Origin: a virus
Taxonomy: Duplodnaviria > Caudoviricetes
Virus record (IMG/VR): IMGVR_UViG_3300021289_000002
Span: 1 to 58,325 of that record
Length of the DNA: 58,325 nucleotides
Reading direction: 5' to 3' (one strand)
How positions within the stretch are numbered: position 1 is the first letter of the stretch; each line of letters begins with the position of its first letter. Made by a program: the position numbers and the translations under genes. The notes beneath the pieces are model-generated. The model saw nothing but the letters and a program-made list of their open reading frames with translations. It was not told the origin of the DNA and made no database searches. Below are positions 37,927 through 46,453 of the stretch, piece after piece.

Positions 37927-38121
37927 AATAACACAACAATGGCCCCGGCCCTTCCGGGACCGAATTCAGTGGTTAAGCGTTTGAAAGAATCGTTCCCTTT
38001 CAACTGCACTGGCTGCCTCGCCATTTCGACGCAGCGCAACCTTTCGGCGCAGCCTCCCTCTGGTTCATACCGGGGGAGTGCCTCTTGACTTTCAAACGGG
38101 GGCGCACCATGGTTGCGGCAT

Positions 38122-38337
38122 ATGACATTCCTAATGATTCTGGGGTATATCTTCTTTGTCCTTCTGCTGGTTAGCTTGTTCGTGAAGCCAGAAAGCTTCC
38201 CGGCCATCGATCGGGCGCGGCTGATCATCCTCCTGATTATCATCGCGATCCTGCTCTACGGTGTCTTTGGCAACCCGGTCAGCGGGGATCGGCCGGTACG
38301 GCACGGCAGCACTCAACCGCACTATCTCACCGCCTAA
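38122..38337 (+). CDS. Small 2-TM membrane protein
   Basis: Two strongly hydrophobic helices. Confidence 0.6.
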   Translation: MTFLMILGYIFFVLLLVSLFVKPESFPAIDRARLIILLIIIAILLYGVFGNPVSGDRPVRHGSTQPHYLTA

Positions 38338-38369
38338 AACCAAACCAAAAAAATGGACCCAACCCTTAA

Positions 38370-38741
38370 ATGAATATGCGAATCCTCAAAGCTCTTACTA
38401 TCAGCACGGCGATCATGCTCGCCCTGCTGGTTGGCGTTTTGCCCGTGGGCCTTGTCGGCGGCTGTCACAATCCATCGGTGCAGAGCATCGGCGTCAAAAC
38501 GCTGGGCTCGGTCCACGAAACCGCGGATGCGGCCTACAAGTCTTACATGAGCGCCGTTTTCGATCATGTGGCGCCTACCAACGACGTGCCGGCAGTGACG
38601 CGGGCATACGTCGAATTCCAAACAGCTTTTTCCCTGGCAGTGGTAGCGGTCCAGGGAAACACCAATGCCCCGGTACCGCAGGCGTTCTACGATTCGGCGG
38701 CGAGGCTAACAACCGCAATTCAGTCAGCGAAAGGAAAGTAA
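38370..38741 (+). CDS. Lipoprotein
   Basis: Hydrophobic signal ending LVGGC; helical mature part. Confidence 0.65.
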   Translation: MNMRILKALTISTAIMLALLVGVLPVGLVGGCHNPSVQSIGVKTLGSVHETADAAYKSYMSAVFDHVAPTNDVPAVTRAYVEFQTAFSLAVVAVQGNTNAPVPQAFYDSAARLTTAIQSAKGK

Positions 38742-38999
38742 ATGGAACCCATTTCCTGGTCGGTCATTGCCGGCCTGATACTTCAATACGGCATACCGTT
38801 TGCAGAGCGGGTTTATCAAAAGTGGTCGAGCGGCACACCGCCAACCCAAGCCGATTTCGAAGAGTTGAAACAGATGGCAGCGGAAACTCCGCAAAATCTT
38901 TTCAACCAGATGCTGATCGCGCGCAACGCTGATCCAAACAGCGCGTGGGCGCAGGAATTGAAACGGCTAATTGACTCTGGATCTTCGGCGAAGACCTGA
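38742..38999 (+). CDS. Hypothetical protein with N-terminal amphipathic/hydrophobic helix
   Basis: AAGGA SD, adjacent to lipoprotein stop. Confidence 0.6.
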   Translation: MEPISWSVIAGLILQYGIPFAERVYQKWSSGTPPTQADFEELKQMAAETPQNLFNQMLIARNADPNSAWAQELKRLIDSGSSAKT

Positions 39000-39281
39000 T
39001 AGATTAGCGGCTGAGGACCTTTGATTGATCCCGCCTGGGCGAAAGCTCGGGCGGGTTTTTCTTATTTTGATAGGAACGGCCTCTATGATTTTGATGCCGC
39101 TTGCTAAACATTCTGCCCAGCACTCTTTGCAAGCCGGAAGTGTTTTGCGCTTTCGTTTCTCAATAAAACTCAGCAACACGATTCCGTCATTTTCACACTG
39201 CTTCCAGGAGACCGGCCCAAGGCTGAACGCGCCGCCATATCTACGCCAACCCTCGCAACGATTTTGTTTCTTTTTTTTCAT
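38967..39281 (-). CDS. Hypothetical Cys-containing protein
   Basis: Coupled leftward operon; CKEC; 3' end runs through the terminator. Confidence 0.5.
   Translation of the reverse strand: MKKKKQNRCEGWRRYGGAFSLGPVSWKQCENDGIVLLSFIEKRKRKTLPACKECWAECLASGIKIIEAVPIKIRKTRPSFRPGGINQRSSAANLSGLRRRSRVN
39030..39061 (+). terminator. Rho-independent terminator ending the late operon
   Basis: CCCGCCTGGGC-GAAA-GCTCGGGCGGG followed by a T-run. Confidence 0.8.
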
Positions 39282-39508
39282 TCGTCAACTAAGCCAGCGC
39301 AGTAGCCTAAAATTCTTCCAGCCAATTCAAAGACATCTTTGGGGGCTTTTCTTTCTCCGTTCCGTTTCTTCTCATAAGCATAGTCCGGAGCTTCATCCAG
39401 TAGCAGTTCCGCAGATCTGAGCCATTCCATATCCCTTGGCCTAACTAAAACCCGAAAGGCTTGTTTGGCGTAAGCTTCATCTAATCCACTGAGTTTAGGT
39501 GCATTCAT
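39278..39508 (-). CDS. Hypothetical protein
   Basis: ATGA-coupled on both sides. Confidence 0.55.
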   Translation of the reverse strand: MNAPKLSGLDEAYAKQAFRVLVRPRDMEWLRSAELLLDEAPDYAYEKKRNGERKAPKDVFELAGRILGYCAGLVDE

Positions 39509-39813
39509 TGATCGTATCCTCTGCCGATGTCGCGGCGCAGCGTGTTAATTTGGTCGAACAGTTCTTTCTCCTGCTCCTCGGTAAGCTTGGGACCGCGATA
39601 GGCCGTGAAATCAAGCTTTTGGTCTCGAGTCAAACGTGCTTCGAAGTCTTCGCGAAGAGCGCGCAATTGTTTCTCGAGCTGGTAGATCTCAAACCAGAGC
39701 CACGCCAACCCGGCCAGAAACCCGGCGACCGATAAAACGAGCACAAGCTCAATCATAGTTTTTCGATGTCGGGTCCAGGGTTTGATCCTCCTGGCAATCG
39801 GCGCAGCGCTCAC
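39505..39813 (-). CDS. Membrane-anchored coiled-coil protein
   Basis: TM helix followed by coiled coil; start may be the internal MIELV. Confidence 0.55.
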   Translation of the reverse strand: MSAAPIARRIKPWTRHRKTMIELVLVLSVAGFLAGLAWLWFEIYQLEKQLRALREDFEARLTRDQKLDFTAYRGPKLTEEQEKELFDQINTLRRDIGRGYDQ

Positions 39814-39867
39814 CGTAAGGGCTCGGTCGGCCGCAGTCAGGGCACAAGCGTTCTTCGGTTTCCTCGG

Positions 39868-40242
39868 TCATAGGACAGAAAAGTAAGGCATTCCACCTGG
39901 AAAAAGATTCCACCTTTCGCGGGCTATTAGGATTTTTGCATCATTTAGCGCAATGCCCAACGCGAGAAGTTTTTCTATGCTGTGATGCTCGCCCCATTGA
40001 TTGCCGTCCTTATCCATGCAGGCATTCAAAAAGCTCCATCCGCCGCCGCCCGATGAATGAAACTCATTCGGCAAATCGGCGAGCATATTCCGGACATCTT
40101 GTCGATGTGACTCGAGCCGGTCAGGGTGAAAGCCGAATTTGTGAAGTACGCACTCGATCAGTTTGGCGTTGGACTTATCCTCGTGATCGCGGAATAAGCA
40201 GTCCGCAAATACCGATTCAACGTTTGAGGCTGTTAATTTCAT
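39868..40242 (-). CDS. Conserved hypothetical phage protein
   Basis: FGFHPDRLE...GGGWSFLNACMDKDGNQWGEH...PGGMPY. Confidence 0.7.
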   Translation of the reverse strand: MKLTASNVESVFADCLFRDHEDKSNAKLIECVLHKFGFHPDRLESHRQDVRNMLADLPNEFHSSGGGGWSFLNACMDKDGNQWGEHHSIEKLLALGIALNDAKILIARERWNLFPGGMPYFSVL

Positions 40243-40249
40243 TTGTTTT

Positions 40250-40477
40250 CTATGGTGGGTTGGCCCAGATGATTTGAGGCGGCGCACTGTTCAACGTGGT
40301 CGAGCGCACCTTTGCCATATCCCGGCGCATCGCTTCGAGAATGATAGTCAGGGCAACCTCGCTCGGCGTGCTGCCGTGCGCTCCGAGTTGGACCAACGAT
40401 TCCAGGTAGTGTTTGACTGGCTCGGTAGTGGTTACGGTGATCCTAATCGAGCGCTGCTTGTTGGCTGGTCGGCTCAT
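40250..40477 (-). CDS. Putative RHH-like regulator
   Basis: MSRP....IRITVT.....YLESLVQLG.HG.TPSEVA. Confidence 0.55.
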   Translation of the reverse strand: MSRPANKQRSIRITVTTTEPVKHYLESLVQLGAHGSTPSEVALTIILEAMRRDMAKVRSTTLNSAPPQIIWANPP

Positions 40478-40495
40478 AGCGAGAGCATTGTTATT

Positions 40496-40705
40496 TTACT
40501 GAAACCGAATCAGGCGGCGCAAAAAATCTTTGCCCGTAGGGGTTCGGCGCAACCTTTTGAGACGCGCGGCCTGCTCCTGGCGCGCAGATCCAGCAAGCGC
40601 ATAGCTGCGCGTGATGTAATTAATCCGTGCAATTAAAACTTCGGCACGCAGCGGAGCGCCAGCCGCTGGCGATGTTTGGTGAGGCGAATAATTGTGATAG
40701 GTCAT
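40496..40705 (-). CDS. Hypothetical basic protein
   Basis: ATG 40705 with AGGGG SD, downstream of leftward TTGACT promoter. Confidence 0.5.
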   Translation of the reverse strand: MTYHNYSPHQTSPAAGAPLRAEVLIARINYITRSYALAGSARQEQAARLKRLRRTPTGKDFLRRLIRFQ

Positions 40706-40753
40706 AAAAAACTTTCCCCTTTTTACCATGACGGCTTGCGGTGAGTCAAATAA

Positions 40754-40795
40754 ATAAACTAATCCATTGACTAATATTCGGGACTGTGATTTACT
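40754..40795 (+). promoter_or_regulatory. Early promoter, copy 1
   Basis: ATAAACTAATCCA-TTGACT-17 bp-TTTACT with TG extension; closely resembles 42462-42503. Confidence 0.7.
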
Positions 40796-40926
40796 TCTCA
40801 CTGTCAACGTGAAAACTGACACAATCAAAACCTCAATTCGATTTGGCCGGTGGTTCCGCGGTTTGCTCGTATCTCTTTGCGGGCAGTTTTCACCCGTGGG
40901 CCACCGGCCTTTCTGAAAGTTCTCTT

Positions 40927-41103
40927 ATGCAAGTCCAAATCAAAGGTGACAAGCTCGTGATCGAAATTCCCTTGGAACAGCCTAAGCCCAGCTCGAGCGG
41001 AAAAACAATGGTGGTTGCCAGCTCGCACGGCAATCAAGTTACACAGGCCACTATCGACGGCAAGCCGGTGATCGTTGGGTTAAATGCCTACATCAAAAGG
41101 TAA
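40927..41103 (+). CDS. Small conserved protein (SSSGKT..VASS.GN motif)
   Basis: Recognisable small beta protein, first early gene. Confidence 0.7.
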   Translation: MQVQIKGDKLVIEIPLEQPKPSSSGKTMVVASSHGNQVTQATIDGKPVIVGLNAYIKR

Positions 41104-41107
41104 GCCT

Positions 41108-41296
41108 ATGTCGTCACCCGAAAATTGGGCGGAGCTTACCCGCCAGGAATTGGAATGGTTTGCGGCCAATGGCGACCACGATCAACGGGCCAACGCCAAC
41201 CGCGAGCTGGACGCCTTGCGCACTTACAAAACGGGCGATCTGTTCTCCGGGCAGGACATGCCTTTTAGTCTCAGCCTGAAAAGGGGGAAAGCATGA
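41108..41296 (+). CDS. Hypothetical protein
   Basis: AAGG SD; coupled to next gene. Confidence 0.55.
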   Translation: MSSPENWAELTRQELEWFAANGDHDQRANANRELDALRTYKTGDLFSGQDMPFSLSLKRGKA

Positions 41297-41511
41297 AAAC
41301 TCTAACTGACATTGTCGATCAGGTTGTCAATGGGCTGCTGGTAAAGCATCAAAACGACGCTCCATTGATCCGGCAAAGCTTAAATGACGCTCTGGTTGCC
41401 GCCGTGGCAAGGGGCGAGATTAGCGTACGGAAAGCTCATAGCTGCAACCGCGCTTACACGGTCAAACGGATTCAAGCCATGCTCAAATTCCGGGAAAGGG
41501 GGGAGGAATGA
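41293..41511 (+). CDS. Hypothetical protein
   Basis: ATGA-coupled. Confidence 0.55.
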   Translation: MKTLTDIVDQVVNGLLVKHQNDAPLIRQSLNDALVAAVARGEISVRKAHSCNRAYTVKRIQAMLKFRERGEE

Positions 41512-41981
41512 AAATGATCACCCTTGGCGAATTCAAAGTGGTTAGCCTGCGCGAGACCGCACCCGACCACCTTTGCGATACTCCCGAACGTGCGGCGGAT
41601 TATTGGCGCAAACATGTAGTGAACGATCCCCGGTTTAACCCTGATGTGGAGTGCTTCGTTTGTTTGGCGCTCAACACCCGGCGGCGCATCCTGGGCCATT
41701 ACCTGGTTGCCACCGGTACCCTGGACACAATCTTGTGTCACCCGCGCGAAGTGTATCGCGGCGCCATCGTGGCGAGCGCTGGCGCAATTATCGCCATGCA
41801 CAATCACCCCAGCGGAGATCCAACGCCCTCGGAAGGGGACTTGAAAGCAACGCGCGACCTTATTCGAGCCGGGCAACTGCTCAAAATCGATCTGATCGAT
41901 CACGTCATCATGGGCCAACCAACGCAGGACAATCCAACCGGCTACATTTCATTGCGCGAGCTTGGATACTTCTACGCATGA
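41508..41981 (+). CDS. radC: RadC-like JAB domain protein
   Basis: E.F..L.LNTR, GTLD..L.HPREV, HNHPSGDPTPSEGD and IDHVI motifs. Confidence 0.92.
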   Translation: MKMITLGEFKVVSLRETAPDHLCDTPERAADYWRKHVVNDPRFNPDVECFVCLALNTRRRILGHYLVATGTLDTILCHPREVYRGAIVASAGAIIAMHNHPSGDPTPSEGDLKATRDLIRAGQLLKIDLIDHVIMGQPTQDNPTGYISLRELGYFYA

Positions 41982-42202
41982 AAGCCCGCTACATGGTTAC
42001 AAATCATCCGGGCGTCGTTGTTGTGCTCCGCGTCGAGCTCGACAACGGCGAAACGGCTTCGACCACGCACGGCTTTCAAACGGTGTTCGAGGCCAATGAA
42101 TATTGCCGGCGCAATTTAGCGGATCGCGGCATCACTGAGCCACCGGCGCAAACTTGGGAAAACGGTTGCCCGACCTGGGCCTATCCTTGGGTGCAACTAT
42201 GA
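41978..42202 (+). CDS. Hypothetical protein
   Basis: ATGA-coupled to radC. Confidence 0.55.
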   Translation: MKARYMVTNHPGVVVVLRVELDNGETASTTHGFQTVFEANEYCRRNLADRGITEPPAQTWENGCPTWAYPWVQL

Positions 42203-42465
42203 TCGAAGCGTGCCCGCCAACAAACGATCCGGTGATTAAAGACCTGTGTGCCCATCTCAACCGGATCATCAAAGCCAAGTTTTATATTGGCCTTTTGAAC
42301 GATGAAGCGGCATCGGGATTCTACAGCCACGCCCAAAGCGTTAAGGAGTGCAGACGCGAAGCGCTGGCGCACCTCAGAAAATATCCTACCTGGAGAACGG
42401 CCACAGTGTCTGACGCTGCCTCTGGCGTAATCATTTTGCGCCGGGCAGTAATTCGCAACGGATAA
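42199..42465 (+). CDS. Hypothetical protein
   Basis: ATGA-coupled. Confidence 0.5.
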   Translation: MIEACPPTNDPVIKDLCAHLNRIIKAKFYIGLLNDEAASGFYSHAQSVKECRREALAHLRKYPTWRTATVSDAASGVIILRRAVIRNG

Positions 42466-42503
42466 ACTAATTCGTTGACTAATCTGGCGGAGTATGATTT
42501 AAT
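42462..42503 (+). promoter_or_regulatory. Early promoter, copy 2
   Basis: ATAAACTAATTCG-TTGACT-17 bp-TTTAAT with TG extension. Confidence 0.75.
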
Positions 42504-42594
42504 CCTTGTGCCGGTGAATCAGATCGCTCCGTGCGGAGCGGCAGAATTCAACCGGGCCGGTTACTGGCTAAGTGACAAAATGAAAGGTCCTCAA

Positions 42595-43734
42595 ATGTCG
42601 GTTAACCTCTTCCAAGCTCATAATCAATGGGCAACCCGTCCCTCAGATCAACGGTTCCAAAGCCTGGATGCTTTGGCCGCGTCTGTAAACTCCCGCCGGT
42701 TGCGCTCGCGCTCTGTCGATGTGGATGTGTCAAAAGTCAGCGCCAAGGTTGAGAACGAAACAATCGTTTTCAACCGTGGCTTTCAGTCGGTCGAACCCTC
42801 GCACTGGTCATTTGGGCAAATGGCCGGTTGGCTCAAAGCACCCGCAAGCTACCTCCGAACGATCCCAACGGATCTTGCGGTTCAGTGCCTCAATCACGGG
42901 ATCACCGCGCAAGCCAAGGATCTTGGCGCGCTTAAATTCATGGCTATCACTTCCGAGGATGATAGCCTTAACACCCTGCAGGCGGTGACCTCGACAACCT
43001 ACGGCCGCATTTGGGATGCGGACGTTGTGTCCGCAGTTCAGCGCCTAGTCGAGCGCTCTGGCGGTCGCTTCCATAACCCGTTGGCCTATGCCCACAAGGG
43101 CGATCAGCCGGACGGTTTCAAAACCCTGGACTCTTCGCGCTCTGTCCCGAGTGGCTTGTATGCCAGCGATCGCGATGTCTTCATGTTTTTGATCGATGGC
43201 GGGTCAATCTTGGAAGCTGGACCACGCGCAAAGCTCAATCGCGGGTTCTTTTGCTGGAACTCGGAAGTCGGTAGCCGCACGTTCGGCTTGACTACATTCC
43301 TGTTCAATGTCGTTTGCGGCAATAACATCGTTTGGGGTGCGCAGGACATTAACGAAGTGATCATTCAACACCGGGCCAATGGTCCCGCCCGGTTTGACGC
43401 CGAGGCAATGCCCGCGCTTCTCAACTACGTGAACGCCAGCGCCCAACCCATCGAATCAGCGATCCGCAAAGCGCAGGATTTCATGATCCCGCGCGCCGGT
43501 GGTTTCATCCTTCCTTCCGACATTTCGGACTTTGCCAACCGTCACGGCAAATTCACCAAAGCCGAAATCAAGAGCGCGATTGACTTCGCCAAGGCCGAAG
43601 AAGGGGACTGCGTTACGCTCTGGCAGCTTGTGCAGGGTTTCACCGCCTACGCTCGGGGCCTGGATTGGATTGACGCCAGGATCGACCTGGAAACCCGCGC
43701 GGGACGGTTGCTCGACACTGTTTCCGGCCTTTGA
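42595..43734 (+). CDS. DUF932-like protein
   Basis: YGRIWDADVV, LYASDRD.F, RGFF.WNSEVG and VCGN motifs; GAAAGG SD. Confidence 0.75.
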   Translation: MSVNLFQAHNQWATRPSDQRFQSLDALAASVNSRRLRSRSVDVDVSKVSAKVENETIVFNRGFQSVEPSHWSFGQMAGWLKAPASYLRTIPTDLAVQCLNHGITAQAKDLGALKFMAITSEDDSLNTLQAVTSTTYGRIWDADVVSAVQRLVERSGGRFHNPLAYAHKGDQPDGFKTLDSSRSVPSGLYASDRDVFMFLIDGGSILEAGPRAKLNRGFFCWNSEVGSRTFGLTTFLFNVVCGNNIVWGAQDINEVIIQHRANGPARFDAEAMPALLNYVNASAQPIESAIRKAQDFMIPRAGGFILPSDISDFANRHGKFTKAEIKSAIDFAKAEEGDCVTLWQLVQGFTAYARGLDWIDARIDLETRAGRLLDTVSGL

Positions 43735-43747
43735 AATCAAGGTGTTT

Positions 43748-43963
43748 ATGCCGAAGCCGTATTGCATCATTGCCGTCTCGCCCAATTACTGGGGACGCGG
43801 CCAGACGATCAAGACCGCGCTCGCCAACCTGGTCAAAGCCGGTGGCAAGCGCAAAGGGGCGCAAATGCGCTTTGTTTGCGGTGACGACAAGGCATTTGTG
43901 TCCTCCATGGGCGATCTGATAATCGCTCGCGGATCTGAGTCCTTTCGGCTCACCGAAAAGTAA
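43748..43963 (+). CDS. Hypothetical protein
   Basis: AAGG SD; YWGRG.T...A motif; ends before terminator. Confidence 0.6.
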   Translation: MPKPYCIIAVSPNYWGRGQTIKTALANLVKAGGKRKGAQMRFVCGDDKAFVSSMGDLIIARGSESFRLTEK

Positions 43964-43971
43964 CAACCCTT

Positions 43972-44005
43972 GGCCCCGGCGGGCAATCCCTGCCGGGGCC
44001 TTTTT
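43972..44005 (+). terminator. Rho-independent terminator
   Basis: GGCCCCGGC...GCCGGGGCC stem followed by TTTTT. Confidence 0.8.
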
Positions 44006-44018
44006 CCTTCCAAAAATT

Positions 44019-44519
44019 ATGAGTGAAATTGACACCTTGAAAGCTCGACTATTGCAGCTCGAGACCACGCTCGCCCGCATCCGTGCCTGTCCCGAGGCCG
44101 AGATTGTCCACAATCTGATCGACGCCTGCGCCACTACGCCAGCGCCCACAGCGCCAGCCGATCCGGATAATTGGTGGCTGATGACCTACGCCTACGATAT
44201 TCCCTGTTTCTTTGACTTCGCCGTGCAGGCCGACAGCGAAGCGGAAGCGCTCGCCAAAATGCAGGCCGCGCTCGCTGCCGGTCTGTTCTCAGGAGTTACG
44301 GGCAAGCCGGACCATTCCGAGCCACGCGGGGATCGGGTCTTTTCTGGCGGAGCCATTGACGCCGAAGAGGCGCCCTTGTACCAGCCATTGGCTGAACTCC
44401 TCGACAGCGCGCCAAAGCCGATGACCGCTCACGATTGGAGCATTGCCAGCGCGGCCTTGACATTGTCTGAACTCCTCGACAATGCGCCAAAGCCGACAGC
44501 CGGAGGAAAGGCCACATGA
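44019..44519 (+). CDS. Hypothetical protein (V.A.SE.EA motif)
   Basis: Clean ORF coupled to next gene; contains a 36-bp internal duplication. Confidence 0.6.
   Translation: MSEIDTLKARLLQLETTLARIRACPEAEIVHNLIDACATTPAPTAPADPDNWWLMTYAYDIPCFFDFAVQADSEAEALAKMQAALAAGLFSGVTGKPDHSEPRGDRVFSGGAIDAEEAPLYQPLAELLDSAPKPMTAHDWSIASAALTLSELLDNAPKPTAGGKAT
44386..44496 (+). repeat. 36-bp imperfect direct repeat, 75-bp period
   Basis: 44386-44421 vs 44461-44496, 33/36 identical. Confidence 0.85.
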
Positions 44520-44821
44520 CCAAAACCAAAGCACCCAAGAAAGCACCCAAGCCGGTCAAGCCAAAGCGCTTCCGCTTCCGGCCTAACAAGGACATCGATG
44601 GCAACGGCAACACAAACGACATTCGCGCCGACCGGGGCCTGGAAGCTGCCCAGATCTACGCCATGGCTGCCGGGTATCGACGGATAGATGCCGTTAAATA
44701 TGGCCTCGAAGCGGTGATCCAAGACCTGGTTTGCGACCTTGGCCACTTGTGCGACCGCGAAGGGCTGGACATCGAAGCCATCGCCGCCAACGGGATCGGC
44801 TGCTGGAAGGAGGAAAGATAA
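44516..44821 (+). CDS. Hypothetical protein
   Basis: N..RA...A...DL..DL.HLCD...W.EE small helical phage family. Confidence 0.7.
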   Translation: MTKTKAPKKAPKPVKPKRFRFRPNKDIDGNGNTNDIRADRGLEAAQIYAMAAGYRRIDAVKYGLEAVIQDLVCDLGHLCDREGLDIEAIAANGIGCWKEER

Positions 44822-45051
44822 TGGACTCCCAAGTCAAAGCCGTGGCCAGCCATATCCGCGACCTGGACCGGAAGATCCGCCGCCTGGAAAACGCCCTCGA
44901 ACAAATCGCCAATACCGTCGAAAGCGCCCACGCCATGAAAGGCCAACTCTCGATCTACGAACAAGCCATTGCCCGCATCCTGCGCCGAGCTTGGCAAGTC
45001 CGCACCCATCGGCCAACGCCAGCGCCTGGGGGATCTCCCAAAGCCAAATAA
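44821..45051 (+). CDS. Hypothetical coiled-coil protein
   Basis: TAATG overlap, GGAGG SD. Confidence 0.55.
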   Translation: MDSQVKAVASHIRDLDRKIRRLENALEQIANTVESAHAMKGQLSIYEQAIARILRRAWQVRTHRPTPAPGGSPKAK

Positions 45052-45531
45052 TCGCCCGTTCCTTTTCACCGCCCCGGCCTGGTTCACCCCCAAGCCGGGG
45101 CGTTTTGCTTGCCTGCCCGTCCCTGACAATTCCCCCATGCCTTGCCCTGCGCCTTTAGCCACCGCAGGCGATGAGCGCCCGCCGGGTATCTGGATACCCC
45201 TCAAATCGTCCTGGACCGTTTTACGCGCTTCCCCACTTCCCCCTTGTGCCCCGATTCTCACGCCTGAGAAAAACATAAACCCTTGTAGCCATCGCCTTTT
45301 CACCGAAAAACCGCTTACCTGGTAAACACCCCTGCCCGCCTGGTTAACACCCGGACAACACCTTTCGACCCGGCAGAATCGCCCATATCGCCGCCCAGCG
45401 CCGCCTTTTGACCTCGTTTTGACCCGGTCAAACCATCACGCCACGCCCATCTTTGCAGGCCAATCCCCACTTTCCCCCGCCACCCGTTTTGACCCCTTGA
45501 CCACGCCCGCCAGCCGATCCTACCTTCCCCC

Positions 45532-46077
45532 ATGACCGAAATACTCACCCCGCCCACTTCCAAATTCCCCGCTCCTGCCACTTCACCCAAATTCGGCGCA
45601 ACCGACCTAACCCCTTCCCAAGCCGGTATCAAATCCGGCATCTCCCGCCGACAACACCGCGTCCGCCTCGCTACCATCGACCGCCTGACCGCTGAACTCC
45701 TCCCCGCAGTAGAACGGCTCGTTGCAGAACCTAAAACCACCATCGCCCCGGAACATGCACGCTCTTTGCAGCGGATTCAGGGCCATTTGGACCGCATCGA
45801 TGAGGCAATGGATACCTGCAAAACTGCCGCAGAATGGCGGGATTTGAGCGCTGCCCGTGCGAAGCTCTTCGAATCGTGGGCCTGGCTGGCGGGAATTCCC
45901 AAGCCCATCGACCATCACAAGCCGGGGAAAGGTCGCGGACCTCGAGCCCTGCCTGCAATGCCCGTCGCGGATCTTCCCGAGCCCGAGGTTATCGAAGCGC
46001 AGGAAACCCCGCCGGAAGCGCCGCTTTCCTTGCCCGAGACCACAACGGGCAGCGTACCGGAATGCGGCGAAACATAA
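45532..46077 (+). CDS. Possible terminase small subunit
   Basis: F......SQAGIKSGISRR N-terminal motif and helical core, next to the skew switch; no terS adjacent to terL. Confidence 0.35.
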   Translation: MTEILTPPTSKFPAPATSPKFGATDLTPSQAGIKSGISRRQHRVRLATIDRLTAELLPAVERLVAEPKTTIAPEHARSLQRIQGHLDRIDEAMDTCKTAAEWRDLSAARAKLFESWAWLAGIPKPIDHHKPGKGRGPRALPAMPVADLPEPEVIEAQETPPEAPLSLPETTTGSVPECGET

Positions 46078-46415
46078 GTGCCTGCGGTTGCGCGTACTTC
46101 GTTGCGCACAATATACAGATCCTTTAATTGGGCCACTCGACCGGCAAACGCTCGCCTGGACGCTGGGGGGAAAGCATGCTTAAGGAATCTCTTATTTCCT
46201 GGACCGTCCCGGCACCCCCACGCCCGCACCCCGCGCGGCTGGCCGGCGCGCGCCCCTGACACCCCTTACTTTTTTCACACGGTTTTTTGGGATGGACCGC
46301 GGTAACGCGAATGTTCCATGCGGAACTTTTTGGGTTTGATGAAGGCGCCCGTTCCCCCTGTACCCCCTATGTATCTGTATCTGTATGTGTAAATCTCTCA
46401 GACTCGCATAGACAG

Positions 46416-46445
46416 TTGACTTCGTTTACGTAAACTTGTTACCAT
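46416..46445 (+). promoter_or_regulatory. Promoter with palindromic operator
   Basis: TTGACT-18 bp-TACCAT, perfect palindrome GTTTACGTAAAC (46424-35) in spacer, ATG 8 nt downstream. Confidence 0.55.
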
Positions 46446-46453
46446 TCTTGTAA

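Noticed and set aside
37927-38112. Possible tRNA
   Set aside because: No cloverleaf with a T-loop GTTCRA at the right spacing from an acceptor stem.
44656-45743. Several ORFs in the C-rich stretch (e.g. 44656-45303 minus, 44969-45325 plus, 45315-45743 minus)
   Set aside because: Low-complexity P/G/R-rich translations caused by compositional skew; no RBS or motifs.
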